Of a DNA stretch of 64,000 bases, positions 12,095 through 21,197 are shown piece by piece (the stretch's first letter is position 1; each line of letters opens with the position of its first letter). The notes below the pieces were generated by a model. It was given only the letters and a program-made list of their open reading frames with translations, did not search any database and was not told the DNA's origin. The position numbers and the translations under genes are program-made. The stretch comes from a virus. Lineage: Duplodnaviria > Heunggongvirae > Uroviricota > Caudoviricetes > Straboviridae. Location of the stretch: IMG/VR virus record IMGVR_UViG_2706796059_000001. One strand, 5' to 3'.

Positions 12095-12643
12095 TTAAGC
12101 GTCAGTGTCTCCACGAACAGTAATAGTTGCAGCTTCTAATGCTGCCGCTGCACCTGCATTGATAGTACGTCTAACCCAAATTGCTCGATATTCGCCTGCT
12201 GCTAAATTACCGATATCAAGCCCAGATTCGAATGTCGAATGTTCACCGAATATAACTGTTGACAATTCAGTACCCGAATCAACTTCGTCATCTAGAGTGA
12301 TAAGCGAATCAACGCCGTTAAGCGCCACTGGGTCTAGACCTAGCTCGATAGTAGAATCTGCCGATGCTGTATTGGCAGACATATACACCATTGCATCATA
12401 CAAAGTTAGCGATGGGTGGTTATTTTTGACGTAAATTAAGCGATACTCAACACGACCTGAAGAAGCTTCAGATGAAGGTACCGCATCGAAAAGATCATGA
12501 ACTTGACCTGAAACTAGCTCGGTAGCACTGATACCACCACCCAGTGAATCAACTTCTTGATCGTTTGTGTTGCCGTTTCCCGGCGAAGCCGCAACTACGT
12601 GCAGACTTTTATTAAATCTTAAATCACCTGTTACGATAGGCAT
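12095..12643 (-). CDS. hypothetical protein inserted between gp15 and gp16 (no T4 counterpart)
   Basis: 182-aa Gly/Ala/Ser/Thr-rich ORF with its own terminator. T4 has gp15 directly adjacent to gp16. Confidence 0.5.
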   Translation of the reverse strand: MPIVTGDLRFNKSLHVVAASPGNGNTNDQEVDSLGGGISATELVSGQVHDLFDAVPSSEASSGRVEYRLIYVKNNHPSLTLYDAMVYMSANTASADSTIELGLDPVALNGVDSLITLDDEVDSGTELSTVIFGEHSTFESGLDIGNLAAGEYRAIWVRRTINAGAAAALEAATITVRGDTDA

Positions 12644-12695
12644 GATTTCTCTCCAAAAAGATAAGGACGGTCTTCATATTTAGAAGACCACCATA

Positions 12696-13757
12696 TTAGT
12701 TTTCAATGTTGTACGTCACGTCAGTAGAGCTAATGACAGATTCACGAGAATGATCCCAAACTACACCGTACGAGGCGCCCACTTCATCTCTGTTATACCA
12801 GTAGATGTTATAATCGCTATCAATTGTAGAGCGAGTAGACCAATCAAATTCACTCGATGCGCTCACTGAACTATATGTCGAATACTCAACATCAATATTA
12901 CCGCTCGTGCTAAATCGTCTCGACCAATCAACATCAAGGTCGCTACTTATATCACTACGTATATTCCAATCAACATCGTATGATGATTCGATTCTATATC
13001 GCCAGCTAATTGAACTAGCAGCATCGACTTGAGAACGAACGCTCCAATCAATGTCACATGAACTAGAAACAGCTTCACGTTCTGCATGAATGATTGATTG
13101 CTCTTCGTCTTGGAAGTTCAAGTAAATCGTTCTAATCTCACCGAACTGAGAATTTGTAGGTGGGTATAACCAACCTTTAAGACGCAAGTTCAATGTCCAT
13201 TCGATATGTCGCATATCGCCAGCCGCGCCTTCAAATGTCGCTTCGGGTACGGCTGATTCTAATATAATAGGAATATCACGCTCATCTACTACAACCTCAT
13301 TTTCATCAAGCTCTTTAATCATAGTGTTAAATTGTGGTTGAAAATAAGGAAGTATTTGTTCTATAATTTGAAATGCATCATCTTGATGACGTGTATAAAC
13401 ACTGACTTCAAATTCAAAGTCGTAAGGGACTGAGTTAAAGAGCTTATTCGATTTAGGTCGATCACCCGTATAATCACGTGTCAGCTTACGGTTTGAAACG
13501 TTAGTTTTTCTCGTCGCGTCATAAGTACACGACACCATGTCCAAGCCAATTCTTGGTAGCAGCGTAGCTACATTCGCTACGCTACCGTCGCCGTTAAGCT
13601 CTTGACTATTCAAAGATGCAACGAATTGCTCCTTTGAAGAAACTGTAATTGGCACCTTTCTATACGTATCTCCGCGAGATACGTATATGTTAGAGAACAA
13701 GTTTCCCATCAAGAGAACGTATTTGCGTATCGATCTGTGATAGAAATACCCTTTCAC
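12696..13757 (-). CDS. gp15: tail sheath stabilizer/completion protein gp15 with a C-terminal repeat extension
   Basis: The N-terminus (MKGYFYHRSIRKYVLLMGNLFSNI...PYFQPQFNT...WTLNLRLKGWLYPP) matches T4 gp15. It is 353 aa against T4's 272, with about 100 extra C-terminal residues of degenerate D-x-D-W-S/N-x-R-S repeats. Confidence 0.85.
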   Translation of the reverse strand: MKGYFYHRSIRKYVLLMGNLFSNIYVSRGDTYRKVPITVSSKEQFVASLNSQELNGDGSVANVATLLPRIGLDMVSCTYDATRKTNVSNRKLTRDYTGDRPKSNKLFNSVPYDFEFEVSVYTRHQDDAFQIIEQILPYFQPQFNTMIKELDENEVVVDERDIPIILESAVPEATFEGAAGDMRHIEWTLNLRLKGWLYPPTNSQFGEIRTIYLNFQDEEQSIIHAEREAVSSSCDIDWSVRSQVDAASSISWRYRIESSYDVDWNIRSDISSDLDVDWSRRFSTSGNIDVEYSTYSSVSASSEFDWSTRSTIDSDYNIYWYNRDEVGASYGVVWDHSRESVISSTDVTYNIEN

Positions 13758-13766
13758 GATGCCCCC

Positions 13767-14606
13767 TTAAAAACTGTCAAATGGATTACTGTTATTTACA
13801 CTAAACCCAACTGGTGCTTCTTGACGTGGGTCTGTTGGTTTAACATCACTACCCTGAGGCACAACTTGCTCAGATTCGTAGTATTTTTCAACTTCATCTT
13901 CGATTTGAGTAATTTCATCACCCTGCTCGATTCCGATGTCCCAGCGACCATCAAGTGAATTAATCTTGTCAATATCAATCATTTCGTCAGTATCTTGACC
14001 AAAGTTTAAAATGTCGTCAATCGAGTCAACAACTGCGTCTGGCTTCTCAAGATTGATTTCCTCACCAGAGTATACAAATTTCGTCATTTTCATCTTACGC
14101 ATAGGTAAAACACCATTCATATACCACGGGTCTTCTCTCTCAACCCAACTAATCTCAAATAGACTGTTAGCAAGCGGGAAATATATCAAGTCGCCCATTA
14201 GCGGTTGATTACCGTCGCCTTGTTGAGCGAACAGTTTTGGGTTGATACAGACATTCATTTCATCGTTAACTTGAAAGCCGAACTTACTATACCAATCGCC
14301 GTCGCCATCCCAGCCGTCAAATGATTCAACATACAACGCCATTCTGAAGTTCTTGGTAAATTTACTCAACGGGTCTTCGCCGAATACAAGATCGACGTTT
14401 TGCATTTCACGTCGAATGTAAACACATTCAACGCCACGGTTGATGATAGACTCTGCAACAAGCATGTCTGTTAAATTCTGTTCGTTGGTATGATTTACCC
14501 AGTTGAAATAAGGGTTGACTAAATGATCATTGTAGATCTTGTCAAACCCTTTTTGACTTTCCAACTTAGCGAACATACCACCTGTATTGTCGTCGTATGC
14601 TCCCAT
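13767..14606 (-). CDS. gp14: neck protein gp14
   Basis: FAKLE...DPLSKFTK...SFDGWDGDGDWYSKFGF...GDLIYFP..NSLFEISWVE closely parallels T4 gp14. Confidence 0.85.
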   Translation of the reverse strand: MGAYDDNTGGMFAKLESQKGFDKIYNDHLVNPYFNWVNHTNEQNLTDMLVAESIINRGVECVYIRREMQNVDLVFGEDPLSKFTKNFRMALYVESFDGWDGDGDWYSKFGFQVNDEMNVCINPKLFAQQGDGNQPLMGDLIYFPLANSLFEISWVEREDPWYMNGVLPMRKMKMTKFVYSGEEINLEKPDAVVDSIDDILNFGQDTDEMIDIDKINSLDGRWDIGIEQGDEITQIEDEVEKYYESEQVVPQGSDVKPTDPRQEAPVGFSVNNSNPFDSF

Positions 14607-14609
14607 AAA

Positions 14610-15539
14610 TCACCCCATGAATACGCCAAGCGGAACGGTCAGTGACATAAGTTCTTCACGCAAGCGATTCATTTCTTCTTCTGCCTCTGCGTAAATCTCT
14701 TTACCGTCTACTGTAATACCACCTGGTAATTGAAGCCCTTGGTGCTTCTTCAGAATCGTACCGTTAAGCTGTTTAACCATAGCAGTAGCCATGTCTTTAA
14801 CCCAACGCACCGAATATGCGTTCTGTTCAGCGAACTGGTTAGGGTTACCGATTGTGTTATTCTGTCTTAGAATCGCATACGGGTCATCCCAACGCTCTTG
14901 CGCTGTAGTGTCTTCATATGAACCAATTGTTGCTGCTTTGTTACCGATGATACCAGTCGCAGATTCAGAAACTAACAATGCACTAGGAACATATGCTTCG
15001 ACTACAACAACTTCATTCGGTTGCAAATTGGCATTGATGCGCAATTGTTTGTTAACACCATTATACCAGTAATCGTGTTCTGGTGACATTAAGTCCATCA
15101 TCAAACTTTTGTATGACATCAAGTTCCAATAATCACTTAAACCGCCACCACTACCACCTAACATACCTTGATGATACGAATTGCATGAACCTTGTCCTGC
15201 ACCACCCGCTAGACCTTGTAAAAAGTCGCTGAACCATGAGTATGTCGCAGTTCCGTCCATGGTGAAGAAGCTACTTTCACCGCGCAAAATTTTCGTGATC
15301 GCAGTCGCGGGGATATCAAGATCTATGATACCTGTTTGAGCTTGTTCTTCAGACAATGAAATGATAGAATATGTTTTGTTCACCCCATCTGGGTGATATT
15401 CAATGTAAAGTTCTAGCGCACGTGAAATGCAGTCGTATATCTGATCTTCAGACACTTCGACATTGACAATAGGCGCACCAAGGCGCCTTAAAATCAAATC
15501 TTTCATTTCACGAGGCGATGTAGCGTTATACGCTTGCAT
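14610..15539 (-). CDS. gp13: neck protein gp13
   Basis: 309 aa, the same length as T4 gp13. The N-terminus (NATSPREMKDLILRRLGAPIVNVEVSEDQIYDCISRALELY) is near-identical in pattern to T4. Confidence 0.9.
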   Translation of the reverse strand: MQAYNATSPREMKDLILRRLGAPIVNVEVSEDQIYDCISRALELYIEYHPDGVNKTYSIISLSEEQAQTGIIDLDIPATAITKILRGESSFFTMDGTATYSWFSDFLQGLAGGAGQGSCNSYHQGMLGGSGGGLSDYWNLMSYKSLMMDLMSPEHDYWYNGVNKQLRINANLQPNEVVVVEAYVPSALLVSESATGIIGNKAATIGSYEDTTAQERWDDPYAILRQNNTIGNPNQFAEQNAYSVRWVKDMATAMVKQLNGTILKKHQGLQLPGGITVDGKEIYAEAEEEMNRLREELMSLTVPLGVFMG

Positions 15540-15549
15540 AACTTACCCC

Positions 15550-17232
15550 TTATACTTTTAGTACAAATGATTCATGGTCGATAGTAACGTTAGCCGCTGT
15601 GCTAGCCAATACTCGAATCTCACTCAAGTCATCTAGATTCGCAACGTTAGTGATTGTAACTGGAGTAACTTGGTTTGCACGAAGCGTACGTGTTTTCTCG
15701 ATTGATGAGCTTGTGCCGTTATCATGGTCGAAATCAATTCGAATCGTGATTGTAGTGTTTATCGGTGAAACAACAACCCAGTGAATAGACATCGTTTTGC
15801 TCAGTGATAGACCGTTACGTGTCAATACACCCCCTGCATACGTGTAGCCACTTACATCTGTATCAACGTTGAATAAACTAAACACATCTGTCGGAGTAGT
15901 TGTAAGATCAACAGTGCTCGGGGTATCAGAAGTCAACAATGCATGATCAAGCTGTGATTCGAGTTCTAGAACACGCGCACGTAAGGTGCCCACTTCACTA
16001 TCACTCTGACCAACTACAGCCAATAGACCGTCAACGTCTGCTTGAGCAGAATCAACCAAACCACGGTTTTCTTGAATTGTGTACCATGCAGTAAATTCAA
16101 CGGGGTTTGTACGCTCACCTAGACTAGACTCAAGCTGTGACACTCTGTAAGACACTGTGCCAGTTTCTGCGTCAGTAGCCCCTAAACGACCCCACAAGCT
16201 ATTAATATCGTCGTTAAACGTCGATAGACGAGCTTTCATGCTACCAGAGTACACGTCACCTACTGCGTATGATCCGATATCAGTTGACACTTCAATATAT
16301 AAGTTAGTAACGGCGCCAATCTGTGACTGATTATCTGCAATTGTAACTTCATTCGCGCTAACGCGATCAAGTAGACCTGTAGTCGGTGTCTCAACTTCCT
16401 GTTGTAATAATGCAATATCTGATGCATTGTCTGAAATAGAACTTTCAGCATCATCAAGACGAAGATACACGGGACGAGCAGGGTCGGCATCTGCCGTTTC
16501 ACCTAGTTCATCACGAATCTGATCAACAGAACCAACTTGCGAGTTTTGCTCTAGTTCGTATAAACGACCGTTGATTGAAAGCGGGATTGCGTTCTCGCCG
16601 ATTTCAGCGTTGATCGTAGCTGTTTTGTTGTACAGATCTTCAATCTGATATTTCATACCAGTTGGGTTTGTACTAGGCGATGGGTTGCCATTGACATCGT
16701 AGTTACGATCATTACCAATACGACGCTTGATGAAATATAGGTCTTTACGAACTGTATCGTTGTTTTCAACTTCGTTTGGAATATCTAGGCTGTTACGAAC
16801 ACCAATATCTGCTTCAACATCTTCGATGCCTTTATGCAGACCTGTTGCAAGTACGTCAACACTACTCGGTACACCGATGTCATCAATGACGTTAGTCATT
16901 TGACCTTCAAGTACATCAATATCAAACTCGTTTTGTGACACACGAGAACCCAAGTTAGCGTCACCGCCACCTGTCAGTTCGTTAACAGTATCAACAAGTT
17001 CTTCAATTGCGCTTTGCTGTGCTTTTGTGTTGTAATGAGAGTTTAGAACGTTTTCTTGAATCTGTACTCCTGCGCGGTTTAATACACCGTCTGAAGTCGT
17101 GTCACCAGAAGCACCGTTGATGCTTTCACCGTTCTTAGCCCAATTGATTCGAGTCTGATCGGGACGTTGAGAAGGATCTGGTTGACCATTTACATATCTA
17201 AGCTCTTCAATGATAGGCTTTTGAATTGTCAT
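15550..17232 (-). CDS. wac: fibritin (whisker) wac
   Basis: The N-terminal domain TRINWAKNGESINGASGDTT matches T4 fibritin SRISWIKNGEEILGADT. A long coiled-coil-like Ser/Thr-rich region follows. The probable start is the second Met, at 17232. Confidence 0.75.
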   Translation of the reverse strand: MTIQKPIIEELRYVNGQPDPSQRPDQTRINWAKNGESINGASGDTTSDGVLNRAGVQIQENVLNSHYNTKAQQSAIEELVDTVNELTGGGDANLGSRVSQNEFDIDVLEGQMTNVIDDIGVPSSVDVLATGLHKGIEDVEADIGVRNSLDIPNEVENNDTVRKDLYFIKRRIGNDRNYDVNGNPSPSTNPTGMKYQIEDLYNKTATINAEIGENAIPLSINGRLYELEQNSQVGSVDQIRDELGETADADPARPVYLRLDDAESSISDNASDIALLQQEVETPTTGLLDRVSANEVTIADNQSQIGAVTNLYIEVSTDIGSYAVGDVYSGSMKARLSTFNDDINSLWGRLGATDAETGTVSYRVSQLESSLGERTNPVEFTAWYTIQENRGLVDSAQADVDGLLAVVGQSDSEVGTLRARVLELESQLDHALLTSDTPSTVDLTTTPTDVFSLFNVDTDVSGYTYAGGVLTRNGLSLSKTMSIHWVVVSPINTTITIRIDFDHDNGTSSSIEKTRTLRANQVTPVTITNVANLDDLSEIRVLASTAANVTIDHESFVLKV

Positions 17233-17329
17233 TTTTTGTTCCCTTGTATTGTAAATGAACATAGCTTACTACTATTTATAGCAATACAAAGAAACAGAGA
17301 GGGAATGTCTTTATGTGTTAATAATAGCA

Positions 17330-17445
17330 AGCATATTCATGGTATTAAACACGTATTTAATACTAATCATACTAATACTTCTAATATCACTAAAACCACT
17401 AATACTACTAAGATGAGACGGAATTTTTCCGCCTCTTGCCATTTC
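17330..17445. repeat. intergenic element of phased TTAGT/TTAGA motifs plus a 60-bp sequence repeated in inverted orientation at 43280-43390
   Basis: cactaaaaccactaatactactaagatgagacggaatttttccgcc here matches the reverse complement of 43283-43335. Both copies carry 5-7 TTAG(T/A) units at about 9-10 bp spacing. Confidence 0.6.
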
Positions 17446-17461
17446 TTCGCTGCGCTAATAC

Positions 17462-17497
17462 AAAAAAAGGGTGAGAAATCAATCTCACCCGTTTATT
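17462..17497 (-). terminator. rho-independent terminator downstream of gp12a
   Basis: gggtgaga-n-tctcaccc hairpin flanked by an A-run and a T-run. Confidence 0.6.
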
Positions 17498-17530
17498 AGC
17501 ATTGACTTTCAAGCTATAATATGCTTGTCT

Positions 17531-18958
17531 TTATGCAGTTCTTTCCCACATGTAAACAGTATAGTATGGCTGTACGTTATTATGTGGTTGACCACCACCT
17601 TCTGGTGATGAGTAATACAAGTAGTTGTCGTTATCAGTGCGACCTGAACCTGGGTTGCTTCTACCATATTCGTATGCAACTCCAAACCCTAGTCCGTTGC
17701 CACCGTAAGTCCAACGATCACCCCAACCCGCGTGTTTGTGAGTTGGCATTGTTTCTTCAGTTAAGATAACTTCGTATTCACCACCTGTTTGTCTTACGTT
17801 GAATGTTCTACCACCATGTGTACCTTCAGATACAAGCACGCGACCTTCTGCAATTCTAGACCATGTTCCGCCGAATAGCGTAGCTGGTGATGTAGATTCA
17901 AGTGACATGTAAATAGCACCGACAGGGTACATATTCAACATAGCTGATGATTCAATCAGACCATTTGTCATTAACTGAGTACCACTTACAGATTGAACAT
18001 CGTCAATTTTCAATGTACCAGTTACTGTCCCGCCTGAAACCCCAATCTTTTCATTATTCAACTTATAACCCATTGCAGCACTTAGTGCTTGAGTCGCGTC
18101 GTTTGTTGTTAGATTGTTTGCAAGTTTCGCAACACCGACACGTGAGCTAGTCGCAGTGAATAAATCTAATGTACCGACTGTGACTGCATGGTCATTAGAT
18201 GTACGCGCATTTGCAACTGTTGAGTTCGGTAGATAGAAACCTGCCTTTCTCGTAGTTGTCGCTGTGCGTTCATTGAATCGATACGGTGAAATTGCTAGAT
18301 TGTTTTCTGATGCTGATGTGCTGTTTACTTCAGTTGCATTTGCTAATCGAATCAACCCTTTCGTCGTTTCTGTAGCATCTGATGCGGTAGTATTCGCCCA
18401 CACGTCAAGCATTTCCTTAACTCGCTGTGGGGTCATAGCCACACTATTAGACAATGTGCCTGTTGTCGTTGCTTGTGCATATGTCGCTAGCCGTACAGCA
18501 CCCGGCGAAGATTCAGTTGCATAGAAACGAGTATTCAACGCGTAGTTCAATGTTTTAAGCGTGAATGCATGTTTCTGTGCTTCTTCTACTGCGGCTGTCG
18601 GGTCAATGTTATCAATCGTGCTGTTTGTAATCAGCTTCACAAAACCGTATTGAAGTTCTGTTGCAGTCGCGTGATTTTCCATCCAATAATTTAATGCAGA
18701 TGGTGTCACTGCGCTTGTGTTATTAAGCTCATCTGCGACTGCTGCATTATCACTTAACAATGTAATACCCGCGACAGATGTTGATGCTATAGGGTAATCG
18801 GGTAATGGTTGAAGTGCATGAGCTTGTACAAGCTCAAGACACGTTTGGAGATCGTTATTACCCCCAGTAAGACCATCAAAGGAAGTACCTTCGACTTCAA
18901 CTGTAACCGTACCCGCATCGTCAATCACGTGATTGAAAATTTGAGTTCCTTTACTCAT
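17531..18958 (-). CDS. gp12: short tail fibre gp12 paralog A
   Basis: The C-terminal HKHAGWG metal-binding-type motif is as in the T4 gp12 receptor-binding domain. The N-terminal region is Ala/Thr-rich. Length 475 aa. Confidence 0.7.
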   Translation of the reverse strand: MSKGTQIFNHVIDDAGTVTVEVEGTSFDGLTGGNNDLQTCLELVQAHALQPLPDYPIASTSVAGITLLSDNAAVADELNNTSAVTPSALNYWMENHATATELQYGFVKLITNSTIDNIDPTAAVEEAQKHAFTLKTLNYALNTRFYATESSPGAVRLATYAQATTTGTLSNSVAMTPQRVKEMLDVWANTTASDATETTKGLIRLANATEVNSTSASENNLAISPYRFNERTATTTRKAGFYLPNSTVANARTSNDHAVTVGTLDLFTATSSRVGVAKLANNLTTNDATQALSAAMGYKLNNEKIGVSGGTVTGTLKIDDVQSVSGTQLMTNGLIESSAMLNMYPVGAIYMSLESTSPATLFGGTWSRIAEGRVLVSEGTHGGRTFNVRQTGGEYEVILTEETMPTHKHAGWGDRWTYGGNGLGFGVAYEYGRSNPGSGRTDNDNYLYYSSPEGGGQPHNNVQPYYTVYMWERTA

Positions 18959-20493
18959 TTAACTCGTCTCCAAATGTAAACTGGGTAGTATGGCATCATA
19001 TTCTCATGCGGCTCATTACCACCAACTGCTTCGTTGTAATACATGTAATTATCACGATCAGTAGATTTCGAACCGGGATTATTACGCGAACCTGTTATAC
19101 CGAATCTCCAGTAACTGACAGTATTATATTCATCACAAGTATACGTTACACCATACGGACTTCGATGCGTTTCGTAGCGAATACACCCCTCGCGTGAGCC
19201 TGTATATGCTTCACCCCAACCTGCATGTTGGTGTTGTGGTAAATTACTCTCGTATAACTGAACACGGTCGATGTCACTAAACGAACCCGCTGCATAATAT
19301 CTGCGAGTGAACCCATCATCACCGATACCCTGCCCCATCATAGTTCGACCTGCTCTCATCTTATACCATACGCCACCGAAAATCTCATTCGGGTCAACTG
19401 ATGAAGTACAGTGAAAAATACTACCAACAGGGCGCCCTTCAAGACCGATCTTCGCGTCTAATTGATTGTTCGGGAACATTTCCCTCTGCTCTTGAACAGT
19501 TGTGTAATATGTTCCGCCATAACTGCTCTGCTTTTGACGAGAAATGATGTTTGTGTAAATGTTGTCACATTTCAAAACACCCGTAATTGTCCCACCGTCT
19601 GGGCCTAATAGTGTATTCAAATCAACGCCAAGTGCAGCACTTGTTGCTTTTGTTGAGTCGTTTACATACGAGCTTGGTAGTTCAAAGAACCCGTGTTTAG
19701 TCGGTGTCGCTATTAGATTGTCGATTGTACCGGGAGTTATAGCATATTCATCTGAATCGCTTGCATTGCGGTCATAGTTGTTCTGTGTTAATTTGAATGC
19801 ACCACGCTTAGATGTCGTCGCTTTAACGTAATTAAGACCTTTAACTGTAATTGCAATCGAACCGTCTGATTTATACCCGTCTCGTTCTGCTACAGTACGA
19901 AGCACACCCGTGTATGTTTCTGTCGCTTGAGCCCAAGGGTTTGGTATCTCTGCTTTAATTAAGTTCCACGTTCTAAGTGGAGAAATGAATCGGTCAGGGT
20001 TATATGCTAAAGTTTCGCTTAGATTTGCAAACTCAGCAAAACCTTGTGATTCGTTTGTTGTGTCATCTGCTAGTGCATTACGAGTCGTCATCATTTCATT
20101 TAGACGGCGATATGACAGCAAACGACTTGCATCTGATGACGAATATGTTCTTGTCAAATCAGTATTACGCAATTCTTGTAGATTACCTAACTGAGTACTG
20201 GTTGCTGGAGACACGAACTGGTCAACCCCGTCTAGTGACGCTGGTGTGATTACAGTTAATAAGTCGTCAAGTGCATTAGCTTCTGCTTGAGTTGCGTACT
20301 CAACAATACCAACCTCAGTCGTTGTCGCATACGGAAGTGACGGAAGTGGTGCTAATGCGCTATCGTCAAATAGCTCCATTATACTCTGCACATCACCGCC
20401 TGACTCAAACGCTGAACCAGGCGATGTGAAGGGCTGTAGGTAAACATATTGCGCTGCATCACTAGCGTGCGTGAATATGTTTGTTCCTGACAT
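18955..20493 (-). CDS. gp12: short tail fibre gp12 paralog B
   Basis: The C-terminal HQHAGWG motif and the N-terminal MSGTNIFTHASDAA parallel paralog A (MSKGTQIFNHVIDDA). The middle and C-terminus are divergent. Length 512 aa. Confidence 0.7.
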   Translation of the reverse strand: MSGTNIFTHASDAAQYVYLQPFTSPGSAFESGGDVQSIMELFDDSALAPLPSLPYATTTEVGIVEYATQAEANALDDLLTVITPASLDGVDQFVSPATSTQLGNLQELRNTDLTRTYSSSDASRLLSYRRLNEMMTTRNALADDTTNESQGFAEFANLSETLAYNPDRFISPLRTWNLIKAEIPNPWAQATETYTGVLRTVAERDGYKSDGSIAITVKGLNYVKATTSKRGAFKLTQNNYDRNASDSDEYAITPGTIDNLIATPTKHGFFELPSSYVNDSTKATSAALGVDLNTLLGPDGGTITGVLKCDNIYTNIISRQKQSSYGGTYYTTVQEQREMFPNNQLDAKIGLEGRPVGSIFHCTSSVDPNEIFGGVWYKMRAGRTMMGQGIGDDGFTRRYYAAGSFSDIDRVQLYESNLPQHQHAGWGEAYTGSREGCIRYETHRSPYGVTYTCDEYNTVSYWRFGITGSRNNPGSKSTDRDNYMYYNEAVGGNEPHENMMPYYPVYIWRRVK

Positions 20494-21197
20494 TATGCAA
20501 TCCTTCTGTAATAATACACAGGGTCTGTGAATGTAGTTGAATCAGTGTGATATAATTCCCACTCGCCGTAACCAAGACTCGTCTGACCGTCTGATGTACC
20601 CGTGACAACGCTTTTCGCTTGAATCCCAGTTGGTGCCCCTAAAGGGTCTAGAATGTCTGCAAACGTCGCTGTGTACGCTGTATTGTGCGGTCTTGAGCTT
20701 CGGTGCTTCAAAAGAAACGTGTTTGATGGTGGTACATGATCTGTCGGAACCATGTCAAACAGATCTGATTCTAGTAACGCAGTGAACACTTTCTCTGCAA
20801 TATCGTTATCAGAATCGCCTACTTCTAGTTGAACAGGAACACCGTATAGCGTTATGTATTCAACTCCCGATGTACCATTGTAAGTAATCGTTTCATTAAA
20901 TTGGTTTGTGTTGAATGGGTTCGAAGCGTCAGTTGAAGCAATGATTGTCCCTACTGGCATAATTGCTGCCATAGCAAGCTGCATAATCGCAGCTTGCACG
21001 TTTGGGTCCCACGCACCGTCTTGAATCTCATCGATTGTCGAATCGCCCAATACCGCACCGCGGAAATTGAAGCGATCACCCGGGAATAATCCCGAGTCGC
21101 TAATCGCATCTTGATCGAAAACTTTCATGCGTGAGTCATTACTCCACACTTGTGACGCATGTCTTGCTTTAGTCGTCATTATGCAGTCCTTATCCAA
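20493..21197 (-). CDS. gp11: baseplate wedge/short-fibre attachment protein gp11
   Basis: 234 aa, adjacent to gp10 and gp12. The C-terminal ...YYYRRIA resembles T4 gp11 ...FYHFERTA. Confidence 0.65.
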   Translation of the reverse strand: MDKDCIMTTKARHASQVWSNDSRMKVFDQDAISDSGLFPGDRFNFRGAVLGDSTIDEIQDGAWDPNVQAAIMQLAMAAIMPVGTIIASTDASNPFNTNQFNETITYNGTSGVEYITLYGVPVQLEVGDSDNDIAEKVFTALLESDLFDMVPTDHVPPSNTFLLKHRSSRPHNTAYTATFADILDPLGAPTGIQAKSVVTGTSDGQTSLGYGEWELYHTDSTTFTDPVYYYRRIA

